64,000 nucleotides of DNA from Aggregicoccus sp. 17bor-14 (GCF_009659535.1 NZ_VJZZ01000003.1:316947-380946), one strand, 5' to 3'; counted from the stretch's first letter, positions 18,144 to 29,570 are shown. Program-made: numbers and translations. The notes: generated from the sequence alone by a model not told the origin.

Positions 18144-21100
18144 ATGCTCCAGATTCCCGGTAGCCCCGCTCTCTCGTCCTTCCGCATCGACAAGCTGCTC
18201 TCGCGCCTGCAGCAGCAGGTACCGGAGGCGGGCGTGCTGGGCCTCGCCTCGCGCTACGTGCACTTCGCGGAGGTGGAGGGCGGGGACGCGGCGCTCGGCG
18301 CGCAGGAGCGCGCGCTGCTGGAGCGGCTGCTCACCTACGGCCCCCGCATGGCCGAGGAGCGCGCCGCGGCGGAGCGGGCCGAGGGCACGCTGCTGCTCGT
18401 GGTGCCGCGCTTCGGCACCATCAGCCCCTGGTCGAGCAAGGCCACGGACATCGCGCACAACACGGGCCTCACGAAGGTGCACCGGCTCGAGCGCGGGGTC
18501 GCCTACTACGTGCGCACGAAGGGGGCGCTGGGCGACGCGGCGCGCACGCGGCTCGGGGCGCTCTTGCACGACCGGATGACCGAGGCGGTGCTGCCGCGCC
18601 TGGAGGACGCCGCGGGGCTGTTCTCGCACGAGGCGCCGCGGCCCCTGCGCCACGTGGACGTGCTCGCGGGCGGCCGCAGCGCGCTCGAGCGCGCGGACAA
18701 GGAGCTGGGGCTCGCGCTCTCGGCGGACGAGCTGGACTACCTCACCCAGAACTTCACGCGCCTGAAGCGCAACCCCACGGACGTGGAGCTCATGATGTTC
18801 GCCCAGGCGAACAGCGAGCACTGCCGGCACAAGATCTTCAACGGCGAGTGGGTCATCGACGGGCAGAAGCAGGACACCAGCCTGTTCAACATGATCCGCG
18901 CCACCCACCGCGCGAACAGCGAGGGCGTGCTCAGCGCGTACCGCGACAACGCCTCGGTCATCGAGGGCAGCCGCGCGGCGCGCTTCTTCCCCCGCCCCGA
19001 GGACGGCGTGTACGCCCCGAGCGAGGAGGACGTGCACATCCTGATGAAGGTGGAGACGCACAACCATCCCACCGCCATCAGCCCCTTCGCGGGCGCCTCC
19101 ACCGGCAGCGGCGGAGAGATCCGCGACGAGGGCGCCACGGGGCGCGGCGCCAAGCCCAAGGCGGGCCTCGTGGGCTTCAGCGTCTCCAACCTGCGCGTGC
19201 CCGGTTTCGAGCAGCCCTGGGAGGTGGACCACGGCAAGCCGGGGCGCATCGCGAGCGCGCTGGACATCATGATCGAGGGCCCGCTGGGCGCGGCCGCCTT
19301 CAACAACGAGTTCGGCCGCCCCGCGCTCTGCGGCTACTTCCGCACCTACGAGCAGAAGGCGGCGCAGGGCAGTGAGGTGCGCGGCTACCACAAGCCGATC
19401 ATGATCGCCGGCGGCCTGGGCAACATCCGCGCGAGCCACGTGGAGAAGCACGACATCCCGGTGGGCGCGAAGATCGTGGTGCTCGGCGGCCCCGCCATGC
19501 TCATCGGCCTGGGCGGCGGCGCGGCCTCGTCCATGGCGAGCGGCAGCAGCCACGAGGATCTGGACTTCGCCAGCGTGCAGCGCGGCAACCCGGAGATCGA
19601 GCGGCGCGTGCAGGAGGTCATCGACCGCTGCTGGCAGCTCGGGGACAAGAACCCCATCCTCTCCATCCACGACGTGGGCGCCGGCGGCCTCTCCAACGCG
19701 GTGCCGGAGATCGTCCACGCGAGCGGGCGCGGCGGCCGCTTCGACCTGCGCAAGATCCCCAACGACGAGCCGGGCATGAGCCCGATGGAGATCTGGTGCA
19801 ACGAGGCCCAGGAGCGCTACGTGCTCGCCGTGGCCCCCGAGAGCCTGCCCACGCTCGCCGCCCTCTGCGAGCGCGAGCGCTGCCCCTACGCGGTGCTCGG
19901 CGAGGCCACGGGCGACGACACGCTCACCGTGAGCGACCCGCAGTTCGGCAACGCCCCCGTGGCCCTTCCCATGGAGGTGCTGCTGGGCAAGCCGCCCAAG
20001 ATGCTGCGCGACGTGAAGCGCGTGGCGCCCGCCGGCGACACCCTGGACACCCGCGCGCTGGACCTGAAGGACGCCGCCTACCGGCTGCTGCGCCTGCCCA
20101 CGGTCGCGGACAAGGGCTTCCTCATCACCATCGGCGACCGCACGGTGGGCGGCATGTGCAGCCGCGACCAGCTGGTGGGCCCCTGGCAGGTGCCGGTGGC
20201 GGACGTGGCCGTCACGGTGGCCGGCTACGACACCTACGCGGGCGAGGCCATGAGCATGGGCGAGCGCACGCCCGTCGCCGTGCTGGATGCGCCGGCCTCG
20301 GGGCGCATGGCCATCGGCGAGGCGCTCACCAACATCGCCGCCGCGGACATCGGGCCGCTCAAGAAAGTGCGCCTCTCGGCCAACTGGATGGCCGCCGCGG
20401 GTCACCCCGGCGAGGACGCCGCGCTCTTCGACACCGTGAAGGCCGTGGGCCCGGAGCTGTGCGCGACCCTGGGACTCACCATCCCGGTGGGCAAGGACTC
20501 GCTCTCCATGCGCACCGCGTGGGAGCAGGGCGGTGAGAAGCGCCAGGTGGTGGCGCCCCTCTCGCTCATCATCTCCGCCTTCGCCCCCGTGCGCGACGTG
20601 CGCAAGACGCTCACGCCGCAGCTGCGCACGGGCAAGGGCTTCGAGGAGACGGACCTGGTGCTGGTGGACCTCGGCGCCGGGCAGAACCGGTTGGGCGGCT
20701 CCTGCCTCGCGCAGGTGTACAACCGGCTCGGCGAGCGCGCCCCGGACGTGGACGCGCCGGCCACCCTCAAGGCCTTCTTCGACGGCGTGCAGGCGCTCGT
20801 GGCGGACGGGCTCGCGCTCGCCTACCACGACCGCTCGGACGGCGGCCTCTTCGTCACGCTCGCCGAGATGGCCTTCGCCGGCCGCTGCGGCGTGCGCGCC
20901 TCGCTCGACGGGCTGGGCGCTGACGCGGCCGCCGCCCTCTTCAGCGAGGAGCTGGGCGCGGTGATTCAAGTCCGCCGCAGCGAGCGCGCGCGCGTGCTCT
21001 CCGTGCTCGAGGGCGCGGGGCTGCGCGGGCTCGTGCACGTCATCGGCAGCGTGACCGCGGAGGACCGCGTGAGCATCAGCGCGGGCGGCAAGGAGCTGCT

Positions 21101-22064
21101 CTCCGAGAGCCGCACGCAGCTGCGCCGGGCGTGGAGCGAGACCAGCTTCCAGCTGCAGGCGCTGCGCGACAACCCCGAGTGTGCGCGCGAGGAGTTCGAG
21201 GCGAAGCTGGACCCCCAGGACCCGGGCCTCACCCCGCGCCTCACCTTCCCGCTGCAGGACACGGCCCCCGCGGTGCACACCGGCAAGGCGCGCCCGCGCG
21301 TGGCCATCCTGCGCGAGCAGGGCGTCAACAGCCAGGTGGAGACGGCGCTGACCTTCACGCGCGCCGGCTTCGAGGCCGTGGACGTGCACATGAGCGACAT
21401 CCTCGCGGGGCGCACGAAGCTCGAGGGCTTCAAGGGCCTGGTCGCCTGCGGCGGCTTCTCCTACGGCGACGTGCTGGGCGCCGGCGAGGGCTGGGCCAAG
21501 AGCGTGCTCTTCAACCCGCGCGCCCGCGACGAGTTCAGCCGCTTCTTCGCGCGCACGGACGCCTTCGCGCTCGGCGTGTGCAACGGCTGCCAGATGATGT
21601 CCGCCCTGCACGAGCTCATCCCGGGCACCCAGGGCTGGCCGCGCTTCGTGCGCAACCGCTCCGAGCAGTACGAGGCGCGCTTCAGCATGGTGCAGGTGGA
21701 GAAGAGCCCCTCGCTCTTCTTCCAGGGCATGGAGGGCAGCCACATCCCCATCGCGGTGGCTCACGGCGAGGGCTACGCGGAGTTCGCCCAGCAGGGCGGC
21801 CCCGAGGCCCTGGGCAGGGCGGGGCTCGTCTCCTTGCGCTTCGTGGACAACCGCGGCCAGGTCGCCGCGCGCTACCCCGCCAACCCCAACGGCAGCCCGC
21901 TGGGCATCACCGGCATCACCAACGCGGACGGCCGCATCACCCTCACCATGCCGCACGCCGAGCGCAGCTTCCGCACCGTCATCAACTCCTGGCACCCGGA
22001 CGAGTGGGGCGAGGACGGGCCGTGGATGCAGATGTACCGCAACGCGCGGCGCTGGGTGGGCTGA
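18144..22064 (+). CDS. purL: Phosphoribosylformylglycinamidine synthase, single-chain large PurL
   Basis: 1306 aa carrying AIRS domains and a C-terminal glutaminase domain ([15 protein letters not shown]). AGAAGG RBS precedes the ATG at 18144. Confidence 0.92.
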   Translation: MLQIPGSPALSSFRIDKLLSRLQQQVPEAGVLGLASRYVHFAEVEGGDAALGAQERALLERLLTYGPRMAEERAAAERAEGTLLLVVPRFGTISPWSSKATDIAHNTGLTKVHRLERGVAYYVRTKGALGDAARTRLGALLHDRMTEAVLPRLEDAAGLFSHEAPRPLRHVDVLAGGRSALERADKELGLALSADELDYLTQNFTRLKRNPTDVELMMFAQANSEHCRHKIFNGEWVIDGQKQDTSLFNMIRATHRANSEGVLSAYRDNASVIEGSRAARFFPRPEDGVYAPSEEDVHILMKVETHNHPTAISPFAGASTGSGGEIRDEGATGRGAKPKAGLVGFSVSNLRVPGFEQPWEVDHGKPGRIASALDIMIEGPLGAAAFNNEFGRPALCGYFRTYEQKAAQGSEVRGYHKPIMIAGGLGNIRASHVEKHDIPVGAKIVVLGGPAMLIGLGGGAASSMASGSSHEDLDFASVQRGNPEIERRVQEVIDRCWQLGDKNPILSIHDVGAGGLSNAVPEIVHASGRGGRFDLRKIPNDEPGMSPMEIWCNEAQERYVLAVAPESLPTLAALCERERCPYAVLGEATGDDTLTVSDPQFGNAPVALPMEVLLGKPPKMLRDVKRVAPAGDTLDTRALDLKDAAYRLLRLPTVADKGFLITIGDRTVGGMCSRDQLVGPWQVPVADVAVTVAGYDTYAGEAMSMGERTPVAVLDAPASGRMAIGEALTNIAAADIGPLKKVRLSANWMAAAGHPGEDAALFDTVKAVGPELCATLGLTIPVGKDSLSMRTAWEQGGEKRQVVAPLSLIISAFAPVRDVRKTLTPQLRTGKGFEETDLVLVDLGAGQNRLGGSCLAQVYNRLGERAPDVDAPATLKAFFDGVQALVADGLALAYHDRSDGGLFVTLAEMAFAGRCGVRASLDGLGADAAAALFSEELGAVIQVRRSERARVLSVLEGAGLRGLVHVIGSVTAEDRVSISAGGKELLSESRTQLRRAWSETSFQLQALRDNPECAREEFEAKLDPQDPGLTPRLTFPLQDTAPAVHTGKARPRVAILREQGVNSQVETALTFTRAGFEAVDVHMSDILAGRTKLEGFKGLVACGGFSYGDVLGAGEGWAKSVLFNPRARDEFSRFFARTDAFALGVCNGCQMMSALHELIPGTQGWPRFVRNRSEQYEARFSMVQVEKSPSLFFQGMEGSHIPIAVAHGEGYAEFAQQGGPEALGRAGLVSLRFVDNRGQVAARYPANPNGSPLGITGITNADGRITLTMPHAERSFRTVINSWHPDEWGEDGPWMQMYRNARRWVG

Positions 22065-22085
22065 GCAGAGGGTCGGGGTGAGGGA
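22065..22085 (+). repeat. Half-copy of the same repeat (AGAGGGTCGGGGTGAGGGA) between purL and mtnN; its GAGGGA tract serves as the mtnN RBS
   Basis: 19/19 identity to the 3' arm of copy 3. Confidence 0.5.
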
Positions 22086-22841
22086 ATGACGTTCCCATCG
22101 AGCGGGCCCATCGGAATCCTCGGCGCCATGCCGGAGGAGGTCGCCCACCTCGTGGAGGAGATGGGCGCCTCGCGCCGCACGCACGAGCGCGGAGGGCGCA
22201 CCTACCACGCGGGGCGCCTCTTCGGCCGCGATGCCGTGGTGGTGTTCAGCCGCTGGGGCAAGGTGGCCGCGGCCTCCACCGCCACGCACCTGCTCGCCGA
22301 GCACGGCGTGCAGGAGCTCGTCTTCACCGGCGTTGCCGGAGGCGCGGACCCCTCCTTGCGCGTGGGCGACGTGGTGGTGGCGAGCGGCCTCGTGCAGCAC
22401 GACATGGACGCCTCTCCCCTCTTTCCCCGGCACGAGATTCCCCTGCTCGGCGTCACCCGCTTCGCCGTGCCGGAGGCCCTGCAGCAGCGCGCGCTCCAGG
22501 CCGCGCGCCGCTGGCTGCAGCGCCCCGAGGCGCTCGCGCCGGAGTTCGGCGTGACGGCGCCGCGCGCCGTGCTGGGCGAGGTGGCCAGCGGGGACAAGTT
22601 CTTCGCCCGCGCGGACGAGCTGCAGGCGGTGCGCGCGCGGCTGCCGGGGCTCGCGTGCGTGGAGATGGAGGGCGCGGCGGTGGCGCAGGTGGCGCACGAG
22701 TACGCGGTGCCGCTCACCGTCATCCGCACCCTCTCGGACGCGGCGGACGAGCACGCGCCGGTGGACTTCCTGCGCTTCGTGCAGAGCGTGGCCGCCCGCG
22801 CCTCGCACGGCATCGTGCGCGAGCTGCTGGAGCGCGCGTGA
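22086..22841 (+). CDS. mtnN: 5'-methylthioadenosine/S-adenosylhomocysteine nucleosidase
   Basis: IGILGAMPEE...VEMEGAAVAQV are MTAN signature regions. Confidence 0.85.
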   Translation: MTFPSSGPIGILGAMPEEVAHLVEEMGASRRTHERGGRTYHAGRLFGRDAVVVFSRWGKVAAASTATHLLAEHGVQELVFTGVAGGADPSLRVGDVVVASGLVQHDMDASPLFPRHEIPLLGVTRFAVPEALQQRALQAARRWLQRPEALAPEFGVTAPRAVLGEVASGDKFFARADELQAVRARLPGLACVEMEGAAVAQVAHEYAVPLTVIRTLSDAADEHAPVDFLRFVQSVAARASHGIVRELLERA

Positions 22842-23572
22842 GCGAGGCGCCTCCGCCCCGGCGCGGGCAGGGGCGGCCTCCGGGCGAGGCGCGCGCGGTG
22901 CTCGAGCAGCTGCGCCGCGTGGAGCGGCTGCGCAAGGGCGGCCACGTGGAGGACGCGCTCGCGCTGCTGGACACGCTCATCGGCCAGTTCCCCAAGGATG
23001 CCCGGCTGCAGCTGGAGCGCGGGCTCACGCTCGCCATCGGGAAGCGCGCGCACGCCGAGGCCCTCGCGCCCTACTCCGCCGCCATCGCGCTCGCCCCCAG
23101 CATGCTCTCGGCCCGCCTGCACCGCGCCGTCGCGCTCGCGGCGCTGGGACGGCACCCGGAGGCGCTCGACGACCTCGACGCGCTCGAGGCCGCGCACTAC
23201 CGCAACCAGACCGTGGTGGAGCTCTTGCGCGCGGAGTCGCTCGAGGCCCTGGGCCGGCTCGCAGACGCGGAGGGCGCGTGGACGGCTGCGCTCGCCGCGG
23301 ACCCGAAGAGCCCCTGGCTGCACGAGCAGCGTGCGCGGGTGCGGCAGGCCCTGGGGCGCTCACACGAGGCGCTCGCGGACCTGGACGCGGCGGTGCACCT
23401 CACCGGGGAGGAGCTCCCGGACCCCGAGCTGCTGCGCGACCGCGGTCTGCTCCTCTTGCAACGGGGTGACACGAGGCGCGCAGGCGAGGACTTCCGCGCG
23501 GCCCTCGCGGCGCTCGGGGGCAGCGAGGAGCCGCTCACGGTGGAGCTGCGCGGGCTCCTCGCCGACGGCTGA
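22838..23572 (+). CDS. TPR-repeat protein
   Basis: GTG overlaps the mtnN stop (GTGA). Multiple Ala/Leu-rich TPR-like repeats. Confidence 0.55.
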   Translation: MSEAPPPRRGQGRPPGEARAVLEQLRRVERLRKGGHVEDALALLDTLIGQFPKDARLQLERGLTLAIGKRAHAEALAPYSAAIALAPSMLSARLHRAVALAALGRHPEALDDLDALEAAHYRNQTVVELLRAESLEALGRLADAEGAWTAALAADPKSPWLHEQRARVRQALGRSHEALADLDAAVHLTGEELPDPELLRDRGLLLLQRGDTRRAGEDFRAALAALGGSEEPLTVELRGLLADG

Positions 23573-23584
23573 GCCCGGAGGCCC

Positions 23585-25081
23585 CTACTGCGCGGGGATG
23601 CGGTACGCGCGCAGGGTGCCCTCGAAGCTCAGCCACAGCACCAGGCCTTCGCTCACGGTGGGAGCGGCGTAGGTGGGGCCAGCCGAGTCGAAGCGGGCAA
23701 GGGCCTCGCCGCTGCTCGCGTCCAGCAGCTCGAGGCTGCTGTGGGTCGAGTCCGGCGTGGTGGACTCCACCACCAGCACGTCTCCGACGAGCGGCATCCC
23801 GGCCATCACGAAGCCCGGCGGCGTGTGGCGCCAGCGCACGGCGCCCGTCGCCGGGTCCAGCGCCAGCACGCTGCCCTCCGCCCCGTCCTCGGTGCGGCCG
23901 CCCGCGGCGTAGAGCGTCCCGCGCGCGAAGGTAGGCGCGACGAGGCTGCCGAGGCCCGCGAGCGGGTCTCCGCCCAGCGCGAGCCGGCGCGTCCACGCAG
24001 GGCCCGCGGCGAGCGCCTCGCGGCGCAGCGCGTACAGCACGCCGTCCTTGTTCGCCGCGGCCACCATGCCCGTGCCATCCGCGAGCCGGTACAGCGTGGG
24101 CGAGGCGCCGAAGTCGCTGTTGTCCTCGGGCGCCGGGGTCGGGTTCTGCCAGGAATCGCGCACCTCGAGCGTGCGCGCATCGAGCCGCAGGAAGGCCTGG
24201 GCGTACGGGATGCTCGCGAGGGCGTTGCCATGCGGGTCGCCCGTGGTGACGTGCAGCTCGCCCCGGGCCGCATCCACCGAGATGCTGCTCCACACCGAGG
24301 CGCCTGCCATCCCCGGCGCCGTGAGCGACACCGAGCGCGAGGTGAAGGTCTCGAGGTCCACCGCGATGACCCGGCCGCCCACGGACGCGCACTTGAACAC
24401 CGAGCCCACGCCCACGTAGAGCGCGCCCAGCTCCGGCGAGATGACGGGCGAGGACTGGATGAACTCCGGAGGGTCCGCCACGGACGCGAGCGTCACCTGG
24501 CGCAGCGTGCGCCCCGTCGCGGCGTCCAGCGCGTAGAGCGCTCCGTCCGGCGCCGCCACGTACACCGCCCCCTGGTAGACGGCGGGCGCTGCGTAGAAGC
24601 CCGACTGGTCCTCCTTCTGCGAGCAGGCCGCGCGGAAGGTGTGCGGGAAGACGCGCTCCCAGCGCACCCGGCCCGTCGCCGCATCCAGCGCCAGCACCTT
24701 CGCCGAGAAGCCCATCGTCACGTAGAGGGTGTCCCCCACCCGCACCGGCTGGGTGACGCCGTAGGCGCCGAGCTCCGCGGTCCACGCGGGCGTGAGCGCG
24801 CGGGCCTGCGCCGCGGTGAAGGTGCCCGGGTTGTGCCAGGTGCCCTCGGGCCCCGCGCGGTACTGCCCCCAGGGGCCTCCGCCCACGGACCCTGCATCCG
24901 GAGGCCCCGCATCGGGCTCGCCCGCGTCAGGCGTTCCCTGGTTCGGCACGACCTCGCCGGGGCCCGCGTCCGGCAGGTCCGGTGGATCGTGAATGGGCAA
25001 CGGCGGCGGCGGCTGCCCCGGACCGGAGCAGCCGATGACCAGTACTGCCCACAGCCATCCCCACGTGCGCTGGTCGAGCAT
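23585..25081 (-). CDS. PQQ-like beta-propeller repeat lipoprotein (BamB/PQQ-enzyme-repeat family)
   Basis: Repeated G.LYA.D..TG...W motifs and the signal/lipobox MLDQRTWGWLWAVLVIGCS. ATG at 25081 is in frame. Confidence 0.7.
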   Translation of the reverse strand: MLDQRTWGWLWAVLVIGCSGPGQPPPPLPIHDPPDLPDAGPGEVVPNQGTPDAGEPDAGPPDAGSVGGGPWGQYRAGPEGTWHNPGTFTAAQARALTPAWTAELGAYGVTQPVRVGDTLYVTMGFSAKVLALDAATGRVRWERVFPHTFRAACSQKEDQSGFYAAPAVYQGAVYVAAPDGALYALDAATGRTLRQVTLASVADPPEFIQSSPVISPELGALYVGVGSVFKCASVGGRVIAVDLETFTSRSVSLTAPGMAGASVWSSISVDAARGELHVTTGDPHGNALASIPYAQAFLRLDARTLEVRDSWQNPTPAPEDNSDFGASPTLYRLADGTGMVAAANKDGVLYALRREALAAGPAWTRRLALGGDPLAGLGSLVAPTFARGTLYAAGGRTEDGAEGSVLALDPATGAVRWRHTPPGFVMAGMPLVGDVLVVESTTPDSTHSSLELLDASSGEALARFDSAGPTYAAPTVSEGLVLWLSFEGTLRAYRIPAQ

Positions 25082-25233
25082 CCGCTCCCCTCCTCCGAGA
25101 CGCGGCAAGCTGGGAATGGCGGTGCAGGCTGACAACCCCGGTGCGTTGCGCAGTGCCATGCGGTGGACCCACCGGGCCGTGACGGAGCGCGCTATCACCC
25201 GGGGATGCCCCCCATGCCCCAGAGCCCCCGGCC

Positions 25234-25605
25234 GTGAAGCTCGAGCGCCACGTCGGAGGCCTCTCGCTCGCGCGCAAGGCGAACTACCTGCGCGCCCGCG
25301 GCTGGCGCGAGGAGGAGCGGGGCCGCTGGACGAGCGAGGTGTTCGGCCCGCACCCGCTCGCCAAGGCGCTGCACCACCAGCTCACCGACGACCTGAGCCA
25401 GGCGCTGCGCGAGCGCGGCTGGCAGGTGCTGGGCTTCTCCGAGCGCGGCTACGTGCAGCTGCGCGAGGGGGAGCGCGGCCGCCCCTGCTCGCTGCCCAAG
25501 GCCCTGCGCACCCAGGCGCGCCGGGAGGGACGCCCCGTGGCGGAGCTCACCTACGCGCTCTTCCTCGCGGCCCTGGTGGGCCCCGAGGAGGGCGGTCCGG
25601 GGTGA
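25234..25605 (+). CDS. Hypothetical small protein
   Basis: ORF with a GTG start, no clear RBS and no motifs. Coding status is uncertain. Confidence 0.3.
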   Translation: MKLERHVGGLSLARKANYLRARGWREEERGRWTSEVFGPHPLAKALHHQLTDDLSQALRERGWQVLGFSERGYVQLREGERGRPCSLPKALRTQARREGRPVAELTYALFLAALVGPEEGGPG

Positions 25606-25721
25606 GCGATGTGCGCGGAGGGCCCGTTCGCCCCCGGACGCGCCGCAGCCCCGTCCCTTCGCTCCGGGGCGTGAAAAGGCGCAGACTGCCTTCGATACGC
25701 GCGCACGGGAGGAGCTGACCC

Positions 25722-26504
25722 ATGAAGCACAAGGCCCCCACCACCACCACCGTCGCCGGCGCTGCCGGCAAGCTGATGGCCACCTCGGAGGGCGACGGCG
25801 GGCTGCCGCTCCTCTTCGTCCACGACAACGCCGCGGACCACACCCACTGGGCCGAGACGCAGCACGGCCTGCAGACGCGCACGGTGGCCTTCGACCTGCG
25901 GGGCCTGGGCGACAGCGGCGGCGGCCACGGTCCCTTTGGCGTCGAGGCCGCGGTGGAGGACGTGCTCGCGGTGGCGGATGCGCTGCTGCCGGAGAAGTTC
26001 GTGCTGGTGGGCCACGGCTTCGGCGCGGCGGTGGCCGGCGCCTTCGCCACCTACTACCCCGAGCGCCTCGCGGGGCTGCTCTACGTGGAGGCGGCCGGAG
26101 ACCTGCGCCAGGTGCCGCAGGCCGAGCGCGACGCGCTGCTCGAGAACTTCGCCCCGGCGAAGTACGGCGCCTTCCACGAGCACTGGCTCGCCCCGCTGCT
26201 GCTCGAGGCCAAGCCGCCCACGCGCACCCTGGTGATGAAGACGCTGCGCACCTCGCGGCGCGAGGCGATTCTCGGCAACCTCGAGTCGCTCTACCACCAC
26301 GACCCGGGCGAGGCCTTCGAGGGCTACACCGGCCCCACCCACGCGCTCGCGGCGACGACTGGCCCGGGGACGCTGGTGGGCCAGCGCCCCTCGCTCTCGC
26401 GCTCGGTGGCGCCGCACGCGAGCCACTGGCTCATGCTGGACTCGCCTCAGTGGTTCCACGCGGAGCTGGTGCGCTTCCTCGGGCAGTGCCGCCACGGGCA
26501 CTGA
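25722..26504 (+). CDS. Alpha/beta-hydrolase-fold protein with atypical nucleophile elbow (GHGFG instead of GHSxG)
   Basis: LLFVHD...AFDLRGLGDSGG...FVLVGHGFGAAVAG. The expected catalytic Ser position is occupied by Gly. Confidence 0.7.
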   Translation: MKHKAPTTTTVAGAAGKLMATSEGDGGLPLLFVHDNAADHTHWAETQHGLQTRTVAFDLRGLGDSGGGHGPFGVEAAVEDVLAVADALLPEKFVLVGHGFGAAVAGAFATYYPERLAGLLYVEAAGDLRQVPQAERDALLENFAPAKYGAFHEHWLAPLLLEAKPPTRTLVMKTLRTSRREAILGNLESLYHHDPGEAFEGYTGPTHALAATTGPGTLVGQRPSLSRSVAPHASHWLMLDSPQWFHAELVRFLGQCRHGH

Positions 26505-26514
26505 GGCGCTTGCC

Positions 26515-27711
26515 CTAGCGCAGCAGCCCGCTCCACCAGCGGTGCGAGCAGGTGCAGGTGGCGCCCGTGCAGGTCTCGTTCGCGCGCTGCAGCACCAGCG
26601 TGCCGTCCCAGCCCACCTCCACGTCGCGCGTCGTGCAGGCCGAGGGGCCCTGGTACAGCTGCACGCTCGCGCACAGCGCCCCCGAGGGCGCGTGCACCTC
26701 CACCGTCTGGCGGCAGGGCGTGGCGGCAGCGCCCTCGAAGGGCAGCAGCGCGTAGCCGCCGCGCGCGTGCACCAGGCGCAGCGTGTGGTTGGGCCGCGCG
26801 GCGAGCCACGCGGGCGCCGGGTCCACGGCGGTGCTGCCCGGCGTGAAGCGTGCCACCCACGCGCCGTCGCGCTGCAGCACGAGCGAGCCGTCCAGCAGCG
26901 GCACCAGCTCCAGGTGCGTGGGCACGGTGGGGACGAGCTCGTCGTAGAACTCACCGGTGAGCAAGGTGCCGTCCGCGGCCACCCAGCGCGCCACCGCGTG
27001 CGCGCGCCACTCCCAGATGGCGAGCGCGGGGCCGGTGGTGGACACGCCCACCACCATCCACGCCGGCCGGTCTCCGATGACGCCGCTCGTCACCTGCACG
27101 GCGGGCCCGCGCGGAAGCGCCGCCGCATCGAAGCGCCGCAGCGCCACCGTGAAGGGGTGGTTGCCCGTGGGCAGCACGCGCCGGTACAGCGTGGCGCTGC
27201 CGCCCAGTGGATCCTGCGCGAGGGTCCAGCGGCGCTCGACGTCTCCATAGTCGCTGAGCCCCGTGAAGGGCCCGGGCCCGAGGTCCGGCCGGAAGCCATC
27301 CAGCACGGTCGCGTCCGAGGGGCCCGGCTCGAGGAAGCTGGTGATGGCCTGGTACCCCACCGGCTGGGGCACGAGCGGAAAGCGGTTGATGCCGCCGGAC
27401 GTGGCGACGGGGCTGCCCGCGGGCGTGCGCGAGTGCCAGTTGAAGCGGGTGTCGAGGCCCTCCACGTTCGTGTCCACGAGCGCCACGTAGCCCGTCCCCT
27501 CGCTGGTGCCCCCGCGGCAGGTGTTGGCAGCGGGGATGTCGTAGCGGTCGTCGATCATCCGCGCCGAGGACGAGGGCACGAGCCCGGCGCACTCGGGGCT
27601 CGTCGACGTGGGCTCGACCGTGAGCGGCGCGGGACAGCCGGCGGAGAAGACGGCGAGGCCTGCGAGCAGCAGCAGCGCGCGGGCGGACACGGCGGGCGTG
27701 GGCGTGGACAA
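26515..27711 (-). CDS. Hypothetical lipoprotein (lipobox FSAGC), Cys-rich C-terminus
   Basis: TTG at 27711 follows AGGGGA, giving MSTPTPAVSARALLLLAGLAVFSAGC. GTG at 27690 is an alternative start. Confidence 0.55.
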   Translation of the reverse strand: MSTPTPAVSARALLLLAGLAVFSAGCPAPLTVEPTSTSPECAGLVPSSSARMIDDRYDIPAANTCRGGTSEGTGYVALVDTNVEGLDTRFNWHSRTPAGSPVATSGGINRFPLVPQPVGYQAITSFLEPGPSDATVLDGFRPDLGPGPFTGLSDYGDVERRWTLAQDPLGGSATLYRRVLPTGNHPFTVALRRFDAAALPRGPAVQVTSGVIGDRPAWMVVGVSTTGPALAIWEWRAHAVARWVAADGTLLTGEFYDELVPTVPTHLELVPLLDGSLVLQRDGAWVARFTPGSTAVDPAPAWLAARPNHTLRLVHARGGYALLPFEGAAATPCRQTVEVHAPSGALCASVQLYQGPSACTTRDVEVGWDGTLVLQRANETCTGATCTCSHRWWSGLLR

Positions 27712-27844
27712 GGTTCCCCTCCAGAGCTGTGGGGCGAGCGGGCGAAGGACCGCTGGCCCGGCAGACTGGCCGCGAACGCCCCCGCTCCCCACTGTCCTTC
27801 GGGGGAGCCGCAGCGCTCGCTGGCGCACAGCAGGGGGGAAGCGC

Positions 27845-28204
27845 CTAGCGCGTGTACCAATACGCCCACGCGATGAGCACGAGCTGCAGCGGCAGCCGCG
27901 CCCACAGGAGCCACAAGGGCCCCGGGTCGCGCCCGAAGCCGATGTGGTTCACCGCCATGTTGATGTTGGCGGGGAACACGGCGACGTAGAGCGCGATGAG
28001 CCCCCACGCGCTCCAGCGCTGGGTCGCGGGGAAGAGCAGCCCCAGCCCGAGGAGAATCTCCGCCGCGCCGCTCACGTAGACGAGCGCGAGCGGCGCGGGG
28101 AGGAACTTCGGCACGATGCGCACGAAGCCCTTCGGCCTCACGAAGTGCATCACGCCGGCGAACACCATGAACAGCGCGAGCAGGACCTTGAGCGCGAGCT
28201 TCAT
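27845..28204 (-). CDS. DoxX-like small membrane protein
   Basis: Four TM helices with DoxX-like hydrophobic pattern. Confidence 0.5.
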   Translation of the reverse strand: MKLALKVLLALFMVFAGVMHFVRPKGFVRIVPKFLPAPLALVYVSGAAEILLGLGLLFPATQRWSAWGLIALYVAVFPANINMAVNHIGFGRDPGPLWLLWARLPLQLVLIAWAYWYTR

Positions 28205-28228
28205 GCGCCCGGACCCTACTCCAGTGCG

Positions 28229-28603
28229 CTAGCCCAGCGCCGGGGAACGCTGCAGGCCCGCGTACTGCGCCAGGGCGAAGCCCGCCACGACCACCGCCTG
28301 GAAGAGCACGAAGGCGCTGCCCAGCGCCGTGGGGCTCACCCAGCCGAGCGCGAGCAGCAGCACGCTGTCCAGCGCCCACAGCCCGTTGTAGAGGACCACG
28401 GCCCACACCGCCGCGCGCGGCGCCCGGGCACTTCGCGCGAGCAGCAGCACGAGGAGGGCGAAGGGCAGCAGGCTCACGCCTGCCCAGCGCAGCAGCGGCT
28501 CGGGCATCCCGAGCAGCGCTGCGAGCAGCGGCGCGCCCAGCGCGAGCAGCAGTCCGGTGGCGGCGGTGACGACGGCGTCGAGGGTGAGGCTGAGGCGCAG
28601 CAT
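28229..28603 (-). CDS. Small integral membrane protein (4 TM)
   Basis: ATG at 28603 with a GGAG RBS. The upstream 46 codons of the ORF are probably non-coding. Confidence 0.5.
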   Translation of the reverse strand: MLRLSLTLDAVVTAATGLLLALGAPLLAALLGMPEPLLRWAGVSLLPFALLVLLLARSARAPRAAVWAVVLYNGLWALDSVLLLALGWVSPTALGSAFVLFQAVVVAGFALAQYAGLQRSPALG

Positions 28604-28739
28604 GGGAGCTCCAGGGGAGAGGGGTTCGAGCGCCCGGCCACGGCGGCCGGGACAGGAGCACGATGCGCCCCGCCCGGGGGCTGCGCGATTACCTGCGAGG
28701 TAATGGAAGCGCAGCCCCTCCCGGGGCATCGTCTGCGCC

Positions 28740-29570
28740 ATGGCCCCTGCCCACCGTCCCGTCGGAGACCTGCTGCGCGAGTGGCGCCAGCGCCGTCACC
28801 TGAGTCAGCTGGAGCTCGCGGGCGTGGCGAGCGTGTCCGCGCGCCACCTGAGCTTCCTCGAGACCGGCCGCTCCCAGCCCAGCCGCGAGATGCTCCTGCT
28901 GCTCGCGCGCCGCCTGGAGGTGCCGCTGCGCGAGCGCAACGCGCTGCTCACCGCCGCGGGCTACGCCCCCATCTACCGCGAGCGCTCGCTGGATGACCCG
29001 GCGCTCGCGCCCGCGCGCGCCGCCGTGCAGCTGGTGCTCGCGGGCCACGAGCCCTCGCCGGCGCTCGCGGTGGACCGGCACTGGAACCTCGTCGCCGCGA
29101 ACCGCGCGCTCGCGCCGCTGCTCGAGGGCGTGGACCCGGCGCTGCTGCAGTCCCCTGCGAACGTGCTGCGCATCGCGCTGCATCCCCACGGCCTCGCACC
29201 GCGCATCCTCAACCTCGCCCAGTGGCGCGAGCACCTCCTCACGCGCCTGCGCCACCAGGTGGACGCGAGCGCGGACGCGCAGCTCGAGGCGCTCCTGCAC
29301 GAGCTCGAGGCGCTGCCCTGCCCCGTGTCGCGTGAGCAGGAGGCGCTGCCGCTCGGAGACGCGGAGGGCTTCGTCGTGCCGCTGCGGCTGCGCGTGGGCG
29401 AGCGCGTGCTTACCCTCTTCAGCACCACCACGCTGTTCGGCACGCCGATGGACGTGACGCTCGCGGAGCTGGCCATCGAGACCTTCTTCGCCGCGGACGC
29501 CGAGACCGCAGGGGCGCTCGCGCAGCTGTGTCCTCCTGCCCCCGCGCGAGCCGCTACCCCACCCCACTGA
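28740..29570 (+). CDS. XRE-family HTH transcriptional regulator with MmyB-like C-terminal domain
   Basis: N-terminal HTH (LREWRQRRHLSQLELAGVASVSARHLSFLETG) and a conserved MmyB-like region (DRHWNLVAAN). Confidence 0.75.
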   Translation: MAPAHRPVGDLLREWRQRRHLSQLELAGVASVSARHLSFLETGRSQPSREMLLLLARRLEVPLRERNALLTAAGYAPIYRERSLDDPALAPARAAVQLVLAGHEPSPALAVDRHWNLVAANRALAPLLEGVDPALLQSPANVLRIALHPHGLAPRILNLAQWREHLLTRLRHQVDASADAQLEALLHELEALPCPVSREQEALPLGDAEGFVVPLRLRVGERVLTLFSTTTLFGTPMDVTLAELAIETFFAADAETAGALAQLCPPAPARAATPPH

